DNA of 64,000 nucleotides, from the NCBI RefSeq assembly GCF_006345805.1, contig NC_042999.1, positions 96,844,001 through 96,908,000 of the forward strand. Direction: 5' to 3'. Source of the DNA: Octopus sinensis (Eukaryota). Below, one piece after another: positions 28,929-41,723 of this stretch (positions are counted from its first letter, which is position 1; the number at the start of each line of letters is the position of its first letter). The notes below the pieces were generated by a model that worked only from the letters and a program-made list of their open reading frames with translations, did no database searches and was not told where the DNA came from. Made by a program: the position numbers and the translations under genes.

Positions 28929-29464
28929 GAGAGAGAGAGAGAGAGAGAGATGCATAGACACACACACCTTGCAAAACTTAAGGGGAGTGCCACCTAAGTG
29001 CATTTACGTATGTTTAGAGAGTGGGGAAGGCCGAGCAGAGCCAACATAATTCGGTCGATGGTACTGAAAATTAAACACGCACACACGCCCACGCGTGTAT
29101 ACATGCACATACGCTTACATACATATATGCAGTAAATGCACGCATATATGTATACGTATGTATTTATGTACGTATATGATATATATATATATAATATATA
29201 TATATATATATACAGAGAGAGAGAGAGAGAGAGAGAGATGCATAGACACACACACCTTGCAAAACTTAAGGGGAGTGCCACCTAAGTGCATTTACGTATG
29301 TTTAGAGAGTGGGGAAGGCCGAGCAGAGCCAACATAATTCGGTCGATGGTACTGAAAATTAAACACGCACACACGCCCACGCGTGTATACATGCACATAC
29401 GCTTACATACATATATGCAGTAAATGCACGCATATATGTATACGTATGTATTTATGTACGTATA

Positions 29465-29480
<16 letters not shown>
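28921..29480. repeat. Near-perfect direct tandem duplication, period 288 bp
   Basis: gcaaaacttaaggggagtgcc... at 28971 and 29259; units are bounded by (TA)n. Confidence 0.9.
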
Positions 29481-29505
<25 letters not shown>

Positions 29506-29653
29506 GTCCGTATAATGCATGTATTCATATACGTATGTGTATGTATATTTGTGTTTATCTATATATATACGAGTGTGGATTGGCAGAAATCTTGTTTACA
29601 TCACGCACATAGAAAGACAGATAATTGCAACTAGATAGATAGATTAGATAGAT

Positions 29654-29745
<92 letters not shown>

Positions 29746-30439
29746 CAGACAGATAGATAGATAGTTTGCCAAAGCAAGACAGGAAAAATAGGAGAGGGAC
29801 AGAAAAATAAAAAGAGAGGGATCAAATAAATCCTCCGACTATAAAAAAAAACTATATATTGCGTGTTATTGCACTTATGTTTAAGTGTAAATAGGATGAA
29901 GATAATAATGCGGATATGTATACTTCAACGATTGCCAAAGACATGCTGTGTGCGTGCGTGTTCATTCTCCACACACAAATCTCACTTTTCAAAACAAAAA
30001 AAAGCAGAGTACATACGTTCTTATAGTTTCTGGGGTGACAAAGATTATTTTGATGAAATTTCTCTATTCCCTATATTGTATATTTTTAATGTTTGTGCTT
30101 CATAGCTGTAGGTATGAAAATTATGTTTGAGATTTGATGCTTGTATTTGAAAACAACAAGGAAGTGTAGACGAAACGGGCATATTGCACTAATGTTTAAT
30201 TTCTGCTCCTTGTCTATTAATTCCCATGTACTGTGTATCATTTTAACGTTGTTGATACCGCCAGACTGAATAGTAGTGTCCTGATATCGAAACAAGAAAC
30301 CTATCCGTTAGGCAGCTAATGATGGATATATACGTTTCGTGTTCTTTTTGAATGTGAAACCTCTGTATCTTGTGTTCTTGTGTTCTTGTGGCTCTACCTT
30401 GTCTTTGAACATATATATATATATGTTTATGTTTGTTTA

Positions 30440-33159
30440 TGTTTTCCAGTTTCAGCTGTGGCCATGCTGGGGCACCGCCATTTGGTGTTGCTACATGATT
30501 TTACCTCACGAATGCTTTTTAGCAACTGCCATTTGGTGCATGAGAGAGTTTGATGCAGCTGCCCTCATCTGCACCTCCTGCCGTGAAGTTGGTTCATCCT
30601 GGACACCTGACAGGAAGAGATCCAGTCCTACTTTAAAGACATCCGCATCCACCCCATGCAGGTCCCTCAGGTTCTTCGGGAGGATATTGAAGAGCTGTGG
30701 GCCTCTGAAGCCCAGGCTATCACAGTATCTTGTCCTACATCTTGATGGCAAATTTGGAGTCCTTGGCACCACGCAGTGGCTCCCAGTTCTGGCATTTGTG
30801 TAACTCTCGATGCCAAAGTTTGGGACAAGTCCTTCCAGGATCTTCCAGATGTATATTATGGCATATCTTTCTCGCCTACGCTCCAAGGAATAGAGTTTTA
30901 ATCTCTTGAGTCTTTCCTAGTATCTTATATGCTGCACAGAGGCTATCTTCGTGTAGCTTCGTTGGATCGCCTCAAGTTCTGTGATCAACTTGACACTGGA
31001 TGGTGACCATAGCTGAGAGCAATAGTCAAAGTGGCTTAGGACAAGTGTCTTCCAGAGGACCATCATGGTTTCTTGTTCTCTTGTTCTAAAGGTTCTAAGA
31101 ATCCATCCGGCCAGCCGTCTACATTTTATTGCCATTTTAGCAACATGTACATGAAAGGTTGTGTCATCGCTCATGTAAATACCCAGGTCACGCACTGATT
31201 GTGCCTCTGGGATTGCGATCCCTCCGGGTCCAGTGTATTCATTGGGTATTGTATTCAGTTTTGCATGCTGATAGCATAAAGCTTGAAACTTTTCAGCATT
31301 GAACTGCATGCTATTCTTTTCAGCCCACTTGTATATTTTGTCCAGCTCACATTGCAGGTGCTTAGTGTCTTCAGGGTTCTGTATTGCCCGTGAAACTTTT
31401 GTATCATCTGCATAACTTGTGATCGTGGCTCTCTGCGTGGCTGAGGGCATGTCTGAGAGGGCCATTATGAACAGTAGTGGTCCCAAAACAGTGCCCTGCG
31501 GAACACCGCTCACTATTTGCGTGTTAATGGAAGTGGCTACTACCACCTGACTTCTATCCCTCAGAAAGTCATGAAGCCATTCTATGCCAAGATCACGCAG
31601 TTTGTGACATATCATTCCATGATCGACTTTATCAAAGTCCTTTGCAAAGTCGAGATATATCACTTCCACATTTGAGTGGTTGAGCAGTCGTTTCAGCACC
31701 CAATCATAGTGTTGTAGGAGCTTAGTTAAGCAGCTTCTTCCTGGTCGGAGACCATGTTGGGTGTCAGGCAGCAATTCATTTTCTTCAAGGAAGGTGATTA
31801 GTTTCCTTCTGACTATTCGTTCCATGACCTTGCTGATGTGTGAGGTGAGAGAGATAGGTCTGTAGTTCTTGGCCTCCGCTCTGCTACCTCCTTTATGAAT
31901 AGGGCATATTTTACCTTTCTTCAGTTTTCTTGGAAGTTTGCCAGTTGCAAGGAAGCTCTGAAAGAGAAACTGCAGTGGTCTTGCTAGTACTCTCTTACAT
32001 ACTTTTAGAAGGATTGCCGGGAATCCATCGGGGCCAGTAGCTGAGTTTGTTATTCATCTCATCTATAGCCTTTATTACATCGTCTTCCTTTATATTGATG
32101 TAATCAATCATCGCTGCCTCTGACCCCATATCTGCAGTGGTGAAGAAGTCAGTTGGATTGCTGATTTGGAAATGCCCAAGGGGTGGGGTGAAAACACTCT
32201 TGAATTGCTCATTTAGTATTTCACTTACCCTCATTGGATTTCCTGTGAGTGTGCCATCCCTTTCAAGGAGTGGCCCTATCCTACAGTGCACCGTAGCTGT
32301 TTCTTTGGTATACCTGTAGAAAGCTCTAGGGTTAAATTTTATGTTTGTCTATAGCCCAGGCTTCTTTGTCTGCTCTTTCCTTTTCATGGGAGAGTTGCAG
32401 ACATTTTTCAATTTCCAACAGTTTTATTTTCAGGCGGGACTTTTCACTGTTTTCAATTTGTTTGTTTAGGCGATTTGAGATTTTTGTACACCGTCTCATT
32501 AGAATTTTCCTCTCTCTGGATATTTTGTTCTTGTGTACAGTGGCCTTTCCCTCTGGGACACATTTGTAGCATATGGCTTGCATTACAGACATGAATTGTT
32601 GAAGTTTCATGTCGATGTCTGGCGAGGAGAGACATTCAGGCCAGTTTTGTTTGAGGATCTCTTTCTCAATTTGTTTCCAGTTTGTCTTATGGAAGTTCAA
32701 ACTGGAAAGTTTCTGAGAGTTTCTTGTAGGCTGCGTGTCCATGCTTTCCTTTGGCCCGTACATGGTCAGCTCTACCATGTTGTGATCCGAGAGTAGTGTC
32801 GGTGTCACTTTCACATTATGGATGAGATCCATATTATTTGTGAAGCAGAGATCCAGTGTGTTACCTGCCCTGGTTTGTTGGAGTATTACTTGCTCCATGT
32901 ACAGGGTGTTGATGAGGTTCAGAAGGGACCTCGCCTGTCCTTGTTCACATCGTGTCATTCCTGGGAGAGAAAGGCCCTCGGGCCATCTGACATTGGGTAG
33001 ATTGAAGTCTCCTATGAGAAGTACACTTATGTGTTGTTCTAGTGTGACTAGAACTTCTTCTATTTTTATAAGGCAGTCTTCAAACTTGCCTATATGGCTT
33101 GGGGCATCTGGAGGGCGATATGTAGCACACACAACTACACCAAGTTGCCTTACATGTAC

Positions 33160-33160
<1 letters not shown>
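30440..33160 (-). pseudogene. CR1-group LINE ORF2 (APE endonuclease plus RT), frameshifted and 5'-truncated, with 3' tail
   Basis: YRPP, GDFNLP, NTLDLCF, SDHN (APE); QHGLRPGRSC, YLDFAKDFDKVDH, SGVPQGTVLGPLLF, YADDT, RDLG (RT); RRRERY..RAAASNSL C-terminus. Confidence 0.9.
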
Positions 33161-33225
<65 letters not shown>

Positions 33226-33428
33226 ATATATATATAATAATAAACTTACTTGGAGAACAGAAAAGAAACGAAACGACGCGAGGGCGCTTTACGTTTTCGT
33301 TTCTCGTTGAGTTCTACGTCTATTTGTGGTGTCCTGTATTCACATATATATATTTATATATGCATGTATATATACATGTAGATGTAGGTACGTACATATA
33401 TGTATGTATGCATATATTTTATTTATTA

Positions 33429-33479
<51 letters not shown>

Positions 33480-33759
33480 ATATATAATTAGTTGCCGTTA
33501 TCTCGTGGGTTAAATATATTTATATAGTCAACCCGTCAGATAGCTCAGTAAGGATATACATATACTAACAATCATACAAATAATACGAGTATAATCTGAA
33601 GCAAAGCAGAAACAAGCAAAATATATCATGCTTGACTTTTACATATCTGGGGTGCGCGCGTGCGTGGAAGAAGTACTGCAGAAACAATGCTATCCTGTCT
33701 GTAGCGATCCCACTGATATCGACGCAAAGCATCTGAACGAACTCAGTCCTCAACATATT

Positions 33760-34480
33760 ATCTTGGGCATAGTTTTTACTGTCTCACGCATGATAATAGT
33801 AATAAATAAAATTAAGTACTATTCTGCAGTAGGCCCTGACATATTCCCCGCTAGTGTCCTGAAGGAACGCAGACACCAACTTTCAACCAACCTCTGAAGA
33901 AATTCTCTGGACTCAGACAGAAACGGGACAATTCTTATCCCAATTTGTCATCTCGGTCTTCAAAAAGGGAAACGGGTCTCTTGCAGTTATTTACTGCCAG
34001 ACTCGCTTACCTTTCATACCATGGGAGTTAAGTTGGAAGGGCGGCGAGATCAAGTACAATTGGCTTGCCGGAGAACCACAACCTTCTAAATTCCAACCAG
34101 CATGACTTTCACTGTGACAGGGACTGCCTAACACAGCTCTTACATCACATCGACGATGTCCTTAAAGCCTTTGGATCAGATTCGAAATCTGATGTCATAT
34201 ATCTTGACTTCAGTAAAGCGTTTGACAGAATGGACAACAGTATTCTCCTGTCAAAGTGGTCAAATATTGGAATCCATGTAAAACTACTACACTGGATCAA
34301 GTATTTCCTGGTGGGCTGAAAACATGTTGTGATCGGTGGAGTCTGCTCAAGCTTAGTAAAAGACACCAGTGATATCCCTCAGAGGACTGTCTTGGATCCG
34401 CTTCTCTTTACAGTCTATATCATCTGTATCATATGTCTGAAGTATCATCAACCACAGCAAAATAACAGTATTCGCAGAGA
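33760..34480 (+). pseudogene. Degraded CR1-group LINE RT fragment
   Basis: SAVGPDIFPASVLKE, NQHDF..DCLTQLL, DVIYLDFSKAFDRMD, IPQRTVLDPLLF. Confidence 0.75.
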
Positions 34481-34519
34481 TTCCAAGCTAATATTCTCTT
34501 TTGCTGTAAGTCCTAGCTT

Positions 34520-34804
34520 TTAGATATTGTCATTTAGGCATTGACTAACAAAACCACGTTCACTAATTTTTATTGGAATAAATATAGATTCATAATTAGG
34601 GTATAGAAGCCGAAGGATTCGGAGCTATTATTTGTAGACGTTCTCTTTTTCTTTGATTTTCAAAGAAATATTTGCATCAACTGAGCTGCTGACCTCTGTA
34701 ATACTTTTTTTTCTTGTCCGATCCAAATACTCAAATCCGACATGTTATGTTTGCACTAAGTAGACTTTTTTTATGGGAATATTCCACCAATATTCCTTGT
34801 GCTG

Positions 34805-34806
<2 letters not shown>
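34520..34806 (-). pseudogene. RLE LINE endonuclease remnant (3' half of an element split by the RTE insertion)
   Basis: EYWWNIPIK, ANISLKIKEKENVY, LLYPNY; homologous to 27230-27500. Confidence 0.65.
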
Positions 34807-34835
<29 letters not shown>

Positions 34836-34870
34836 TGTATGTATGTATGTATGTATGTATGTATGTATGT

Positions 34871-37800
34871 GTCACTCGGATCGTTTAATGTCTTTAAGGC
34901 TGCCATTAAGAAAAGGTCGCTATGCAACACTCATAAGTGCATATGCTCCAACTATGAATTCATCAGAGGATGATAAACTTGCCTTCTATCTATCACTTAC
35001 AGAAATTATACGCAATGTCCGCCATGATGACAAATTGTCATTTTGGGTGATTTTAATGCTCGTGTTGGTGTAGATTGGGAGACTTGGGGTGTCCGAAGAA
35101 AGCATGAGGCTGAGAGTTCCAAAACTAATAGTTTGCTACTGTTACAAATGTGCGTAGAAACGGATTTGTGTGTCATAAATACAATGTTTCGACTAAGGAA
35201 TACGTATAAAACGACATGGATGCACCCTGGTTCTAAGGAATGGCATCTTATAGTTTACGTCCTCACCAGGAAACGAGATACTAGGAACTTTGCTATTGTA
35301 CGAGTGATGCGTGGTGCAGAGTGCTGGACTGATCATTTTGCGTGCCAAGGTGAATTTTGTTGTCAAGCCTAAGGTTAGAGCAAATAATGTCAAATTACCT
35401 AAACGGATTGATGTAAATAAACTTAAGATTCCCTCAGTACGCAGTGAGTTTGTGAGTGAGATTAATAATTTATCCTGTGATGGATGCTGGAAGTCATTCA
35501 AAGAAAGAGCATACGAGATTCGTAGTAACATTCTTGGCTTTGTTGTAAAAAACACCAAGATTGGTTTGACGATAATGATGAAGAAGTAAATCTTATCTTA
35601 GAGAAGCGAAAGGCATTTAACATGTTGCAAAATGTTGACATGTCAACGAACAGGACAGTGGCTACATATTTCAAGGTTGTAAAAGCAACAGTGCAGAGGA
35701 AGCTACGGATAATGCAAGAAAATTGGTGGAGTGATAGATGCGATGAAATCCAAGAAGCTTCAAATGCTAACAATTCCAGAATTTTACTCTCTCTTGAAAA
35801 AAGTTTATGGACCAGTTTCATCAAAGGTTGCGCCACTTCGAAGCAAGAATGGCACAGAATTATTAACAAATCCTAAAGATATTGTTGGAAGATGGAAAGA
35901 ACATTTTGATGAGTTTCTCAATAGACCCGCTGAAGTTGATCTCTCTTTTCTTGATAATATACCCGAAAAACCAATAAAACATCTTATAGCAGAAGTTCCA
36001 AACCTGGATGAAATAAAAGCAGCAATCAGGAAATTGAACAATGGAAAGGCCCCTGGTATGGATGGACTAGTTGCAGAGATATATAAATATGGTGGTAATC
36101 GTCTTTGTGCAATGTTGACGGTTGTGATTCAAAGGGTTTGGCAAAGTGAAGGGGTACCTCCGGATAGGCGTGATGCAACTATGGAGATACTATATCAATC
36201 TAAAGGTGGAAAGGAAGTCTGTGATAATTATCGCGGCATCTGTCTGTTAGCTGTTGCTGGAAAGGTCCTCTGTAGGGTGATGCTGGATAGATTGCTTCTG
36301 CACATTGTTGATGAGGTTCTACCAGAATCGCAAAGTCGGTTTAGGGATAGTAGGAGTACTATGGATATGATATTTTCGGCTAGACAGTTGTAAGAGAAGT
36401 GCATCGAACAGGATATGGACTTATATTAGGTCTTCATTGACCTAACAAAAGTGTTTGATTCTATCAATAGAATTGCACTTCGGGAGATCAAAAAAAAAAA
36501 GCTAGGATGCCCTGAAAAATTTGTGAGAATGCTTAGACAATTTCATGACAAGATGGAAGTGAGAGTTAATGCTGGAAGTACCTTATCAGATCCATTTTCT
36601 GTAGAAAATCGTGTAAAGCAAGGTGATGTTCCTACACCTGCACTATTTGCTATATATTTCGCAATAGCCTTTCAAATAGCCTTTAAAGATTGCCCTGAAG
36701 GGATCTATATAAGATACAGGACAACAGGAAAACTGTTCAATCTCAAAAGACTCTGTGCCAAAATGAAAGTTCTGCATTCTCACCTTGTTGAGTTTCTGTA
36801 TGCAGATTATTGTGGCCTGTTGGCACATTCTTAGAAAGATATGCAGCACATGGTGAATGCGATTTCTGCAGCATTTGCAGCATTGGGTCTAACAATCAAT
36901 CTAAAAAAAACTGTTATAATGTACCAGCCTGCTCCCTCCAAGATGTATGTGGAACCTTTTATAACTGTGAATGGTCAAAGGTTGGAGACTGTACCTAGAT
37001 TTATTTATTAGGAAGTACCTTGAGCACTGCTGGTCTTGATGATGAAATTTCATGCAGAATCAGCAGGGCTAGTAGTGCTTTTGGTAGGCTTGATAGGCGT
37101 CTGTGGAAACAACATAATATATCTTCACAAATTAAAGTTAAAGTATATAATACATACGTCCTCCCATCTTTGCTATGTGGAAGTGAGGCATGGGTTGTTT
37201 ACCGTAGGCAGATAAGGCAATTGGAACGATTTCATCAATATTGTCTGAGAAAAATTTTGGGGATAAACTGGAAAATGCCCATTAGTAATGTGGAGGTGCT
37301 TGAGAGGAGTGGCAGTAGAAGTATAGATTCAATGATTTTGCAAAGACGTTTGAGGTGGTGGGGGGACATTTGGTAAGTATGAATGATGAGCGACTACCCA
37401 AGCAGCTATTGTATGGTGAGCTAGAAGATGGCAGGTGACCAGCGCATAAGCCTAAACTAAGGTTTAAGGTTGCCTTAAATATGCTCTAATACAGACAGGA
37501 ATTGCAGCTGGTAATTGGGAGAGGGAAGCACAAGACCGTGGTAGATGGAGGGAGATAGTACATGACAGTTGTTCAAGGTTTGAGAGGGAGAGTGTGGAGT
37601 ATGAGAGAATTAGGAGGGGGGGCTAGAAGGGGGAACCTGTGGAAAGTGAGAGTGTTGTTTTTTATGTGTGTGATTTGCAGGCGGAGGTCTTTGAGTCGTG
37701 CAGGCCTGGTGAGCCATCAAAATTCTCATAGAAATCGACCCATGATAAACAATGATGTGGCTATTAAAATTCATAACAGAACGACTGTAAAATATGGAAG

Positions 37801-38025
37801 GGTCTGCCTAACAGTTGGATGTCTAAAAAGACATGTTAAGAGAGTGCATATGGTGGCACCTGTTTCTCTTGATAACCAGCACAGTTGTCTAGTATGTAAT
37901 AAAATGTGTAAAAGCTTGGCCGGGTTTAGAATTCATATAAGAGCATCACATGACAGCAATCATGAATCATTTCAGTAAGTCTTCTTGGCAATGGCTTTTC
38001 TCGTGTAACTAGGATGCAGCTGTTA
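34871..38025 (+). pseudogene. RTE-clade LINE (APE, RT, three C2H2 zinc fingers), multiply disrupted, (TATG)n on both sides
   Basis: SAYAPT, GDFNARVG, ECWTDH; GKAPGMDG, NYRGICLL, VKQG, FLYAD; LRKILGINW; C-terminal CxxC..H..H motifs in ORF 37562-37978. Confidence 0.92.
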
Positions 38026-38109
38026 TGTATGTATGTATGTATGTATGTATGTATGTATGTATGTATGTATGTATGTATGTATGTATGCATACATACATGT
38101 ATGTATCTA

Positions 38110-39460
38110 TGTATTCAGAGACAGTCTTTCTTTTTGATGGCATTATATATTGTTATAAACTTAGTCTTCGCGGTTTGATATGATGTAGCGCTCGTGAGTT
38201 CAAAAACGGCTGCACTTCATGTTGACATTGCTGCCATCTTCAAGTCAGTCTTCGAGAGACATGCACATGCATAGTCATTATTTTATTATATTTTTGGTAT
38301 GCTGCGTGCTTCATATCCATGTCTTCTATGGGGTATGTTAGCACAACTGCTTTGAAGTTGTGTAATAGGTCGTCAAAAAGAGAGTACTTCTTGAGGGGAT
38401 TTATTGTCAGCTCGTAAGATCTTGTTATTCTACTTAATATATCTATTTTTACTGCTGTTACTTAACAAGTGCTGTCTGAGAGATACTATACGACATTCAA
38501 ATGCTGTCTGCGTTGGTCTCAAGCCTCGACTTCCTTCTTCATTTCTTAAGTGAAGCCTGTTGCTATTACTGTTTCTGTGGAAGTTTCTAGCTGAGTCAGG
38601 ATCTGATGGGTTTTAATGTTTATGGAGTGAATTTTCTCTACAAACTAGTCAAATATCGCAAATGTTAGTATCATCACTGGTAATGCAATTACATTGTGTT
38701 ATATTGTCTTGTGGGAAGGGAAGAGCTTCGATTTTTCATATTTTTCTAAGTCCACTGTGATATTCTCGGACCTCTTTAGCTCTGTTCACAGAACCTTCGT
38801 ATGATGTTTTCATCAAGGCCTATGTATTTATAGTATTCTTCGTGTGGAACAAGAGAGATGTGGAAACCATTTATGCACAGCTCTTGAGTTTGGTGGTCAT
38901 AATTTCCACGTTCAATAATTAAATATGAACGTTTCTTTTGGCCGAATTCATTACCATGTCAGCTGAAAATATAATTAACTCCAGCTGTTTTGTGGCATTG
39001 TATGCATCTTGAAAGGTCATCCAGGGAGAAATTTTCAGTTACATTGATTCCTCTAGCTATTGCATACATAAGAGTGTAGCCACTAAATTTTTGTAAAAAA
39101 GAATTATAAGTAATTTGAGACCAAAATAAGCAGAAGTACAGAAAGACTAACTCTTTGGAATATTCCCCTCGAAATCGGAGACGATCGTTTCACTCTCATC
39201 TGTAAGTGTATGTTACCCAGATCTTTGTGAACCTTTCAATGGCAGCGAATAAGGTGGCAAGCACTTTTGCCATATGCAAAGACTTCAATAACAATAAGTG
39301 GGGAATAGAGTAGAATGCTTTCCAGTAATCACGTCATACTGTCACAAGGTTTCTGATGTTTTCATACTTCGGCCAGAACAGATCTGTTTATTTTGTTCAA
39401 TGTGGAACAAGTTTGTTTATCAGGCTTAATGCGGAATTAAATTACAACACAAACAACAAC
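38110..39460 (-). pseudogene. Degraded RLE LINE RT region (5' half of the element split by the RTE)
   Basis: Reverse translations KAFYSIPH, RGIFQ..SLSVLL and RNFHRNSNSNRLHLRNEEGSRGL (cf. RLYLPRxxGGRGL); 38120-38155 resembles 27550-27580. Confidence 0.6.
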
Positions 39461-39804
39461 TTTTATTAGTAAATTAATTCTAGTGTAATTAAATATCAGC
39501 AATGGCATAGTAAAATGTGTATGACATCTTCAAAAGCTTATGTTTCACTGATGACATTTGTGTCAGTGGAACAATGACATCACAGAACACGAAGGACGAC
39601 CAAATATGAGTATTCCTTTGGAATATTTTCTGATGTCAATTACATGACAAAATTGATAATTATGGAATATATGTGAAGTACAGCGGAAATATGTACTAAA
39701 TATTGGACAGAATTTGTACACTTTGAACAATACTACAATAACGACATTACGGAATTTAAATATGTGGTACTCCAACAGATTATATAGAATAAAACATTTT
39801 CAGT

Positions 39805-40088
39805 TATGTGTGTGTACGCGCGCGTTAATATTTTTTAAATATATTAATCATATAATTATTTAAATATAATAATAATAAATTAAAGTATATAAAAATAAAT
39901 TATTAGAATAAAGATTGAAAATAGAAATATAAATTGAAAATAAAAGATTAAAATATTTTTAATCTTTATTTTTATTTTCAATCTTTATTTTAATCATATA
40001 TTTTATATACTTTAATTTATTATTATTATATCTAAATATTTATATGATTAATATATTTAAATAAAATATTAATGCGCGCACACACATA
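39805..40088. repeat. AT-rich imperfect palindrome (~140 bp arms, essentially no spacer)
   Basis: gtgtg..gcgcg.ttaatatttt..tattaatcatata..aataataaattaaagtatataaaa mirrored around aaagattaaaatatttttaatcttt (~39955). Confidence 0.85.
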
Positions 40089-40265
40089 CACAGACAAACA
40101 CACATATACAAGAAAAATGATAAAAAATAAGGATAAAAAATAAAGAATAAAATATAATCTTTATATATATGGATGTCTATGGTTTATTTAAATTCGTGTG
40201 CGAGTGTGGTGTGTGTGCGTATAAAAACTAAAATAAAAGATAAAAATAAGGATATAAAAGCAAAC

Positions 40266-40656
40266 GGATCTTTTCGGTTTGAACGGCAGTTTTTTCTAGC
40301 CGTGTCATATGAAATTGTCACCCATAATTATGACCCTTGTATCGATCTATCGCATTTCAATCTGTTTTAGGGTTAGGGTTAGGGGTGGAGGGAAGGGTGT
40401 CTTTTTTCTGTAAATAAACCCAATCTGTTTCTTAAACGGCACAGAATGTTTTCACCTCAATAGGCGTCATTGATTGGTTGAAATTGCAGAAATTGAAGAA
40501 AAAAAACAACAAATATCTCACAAACTATAGAATTTTCTCAATAAAGCCAAGAGAAAAAGATGTTTTATAAACACATTCGACCAGTATACGAAGTTTAAAA
40601 GTGTTTAGTTACGTGGAAATTATTTTAAAAAGCTGCCGTTCAAACCGAAAATATCC
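40266..40656 (+). mobile_element. MITE with 24 bp GG...CC TIRs and an 8 bp TSD (Merlin-like), with internal TTAGGG repeats
   Basis: TIRs ggatcttttcggtttgaacggcag / ctgccgttcaaaccgaaaatatcc; flanks aagcaaac / aagtaaac; ttagggttagggttaggg near 40367-40384. Confidence 0.8.
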
Positions 40657-40959
40657 AAGTAAACCTTAATAAATATGAATCTCTGTCATCTATTTGAGCT
40701 TGTGTGTGATTGTTTTTGAGAGTGTTTATGGGTGCGTACTATGTATTTATAATTTATGTTTGCGTATGCATGAATGTATGTTAGTAAAAGATTGTAGAAT
40801 CAAATCAGTTTATCCATATATTTATGTGTGCGTATATTTATACGTATTGACATATAAAAACTACAGAGTGGGATAATGTATGGCAGCCACCCAAAAACGA
40901 TTAGATAATTTATTATGATATAAAACAGTAAGATAATTTAGTATATTTGTATATTTGAG

Positions 40960-41290
40960 TTTCGTTTTCCATACAGTATGTGCGATTCTTTGTTTACTTA
41001 TCTACGGTACGCTACGTATTTTCTTTTAATACATTTCAATTAATATGTTATACAGTGCAGTACTGTACTGTATTCTCATTTATTAATTTATTAATCTTTA
41101 GGCGTGAAAATGCTTATTTTACCACAGAAATAATAAAAATCTAAAAAAAATAAAAAAATACCTATCGACCGCAGAAGCCCACGATACATTGGGGAGTCCG
41201 CAATATAAATTTACATATATTAACCAGAAACATCCGCGATGTACTGAGGGCGCGACAGGTGAACCGCGACATAGCGAGTGATTACTATAT
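40960..41290. mobile_element. pogo/Tigger-like terminal fragment
   Basis: Terminus ...gaaccgcgacatagcgagtgattacta|ta resembles Tigger-type TIRs; internal tacagt/actgta motifs. Confidence 0.45.
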
Positions 41291-41723
41291 ATATTAAGTG
41301 TACTACGTCATCAAAATTAGTGTTATCAAAAAATATTATTACATGGAAAAATACGAGCATGAAAATTAATATTCTCAAGATTATAAACCTGGAAAAGTAC
41401 AGGACAAGTTATTACACCTGTAAAAGTACAGGACAAGCTATTACTTCAAGTAAAGTAAAGAATAAGAAACTTTTTACTTAAAATATTGCAGCAACGAATG
41501 CCAGTTCTTCTAATTTATCACTCTTTACAGTTCTCATCTTTTATATTTATTGTACAAAACTGTTCAGCTAATTTGTAAGTATAATTAGTCACTTTTTTCT
41601 GTATTTAAGGTAGTAAATTAGCCAAATTCTACTTATATAAGTATAGTATTATTTGTAAACTATAATAAAATAAGTTTTACTATTTAAATTTTAAAAAAAA
41701 ATTAAATAAATAATCTGTACGTC

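Noticed and set aside
38205-38260. Minus-strand TTGAAGA...GAAG hammerhead-like motif
   Set aside because: Core is imperfect and the region corresponds to the decayed zinc-knuckle coding part of the RLE LINE.
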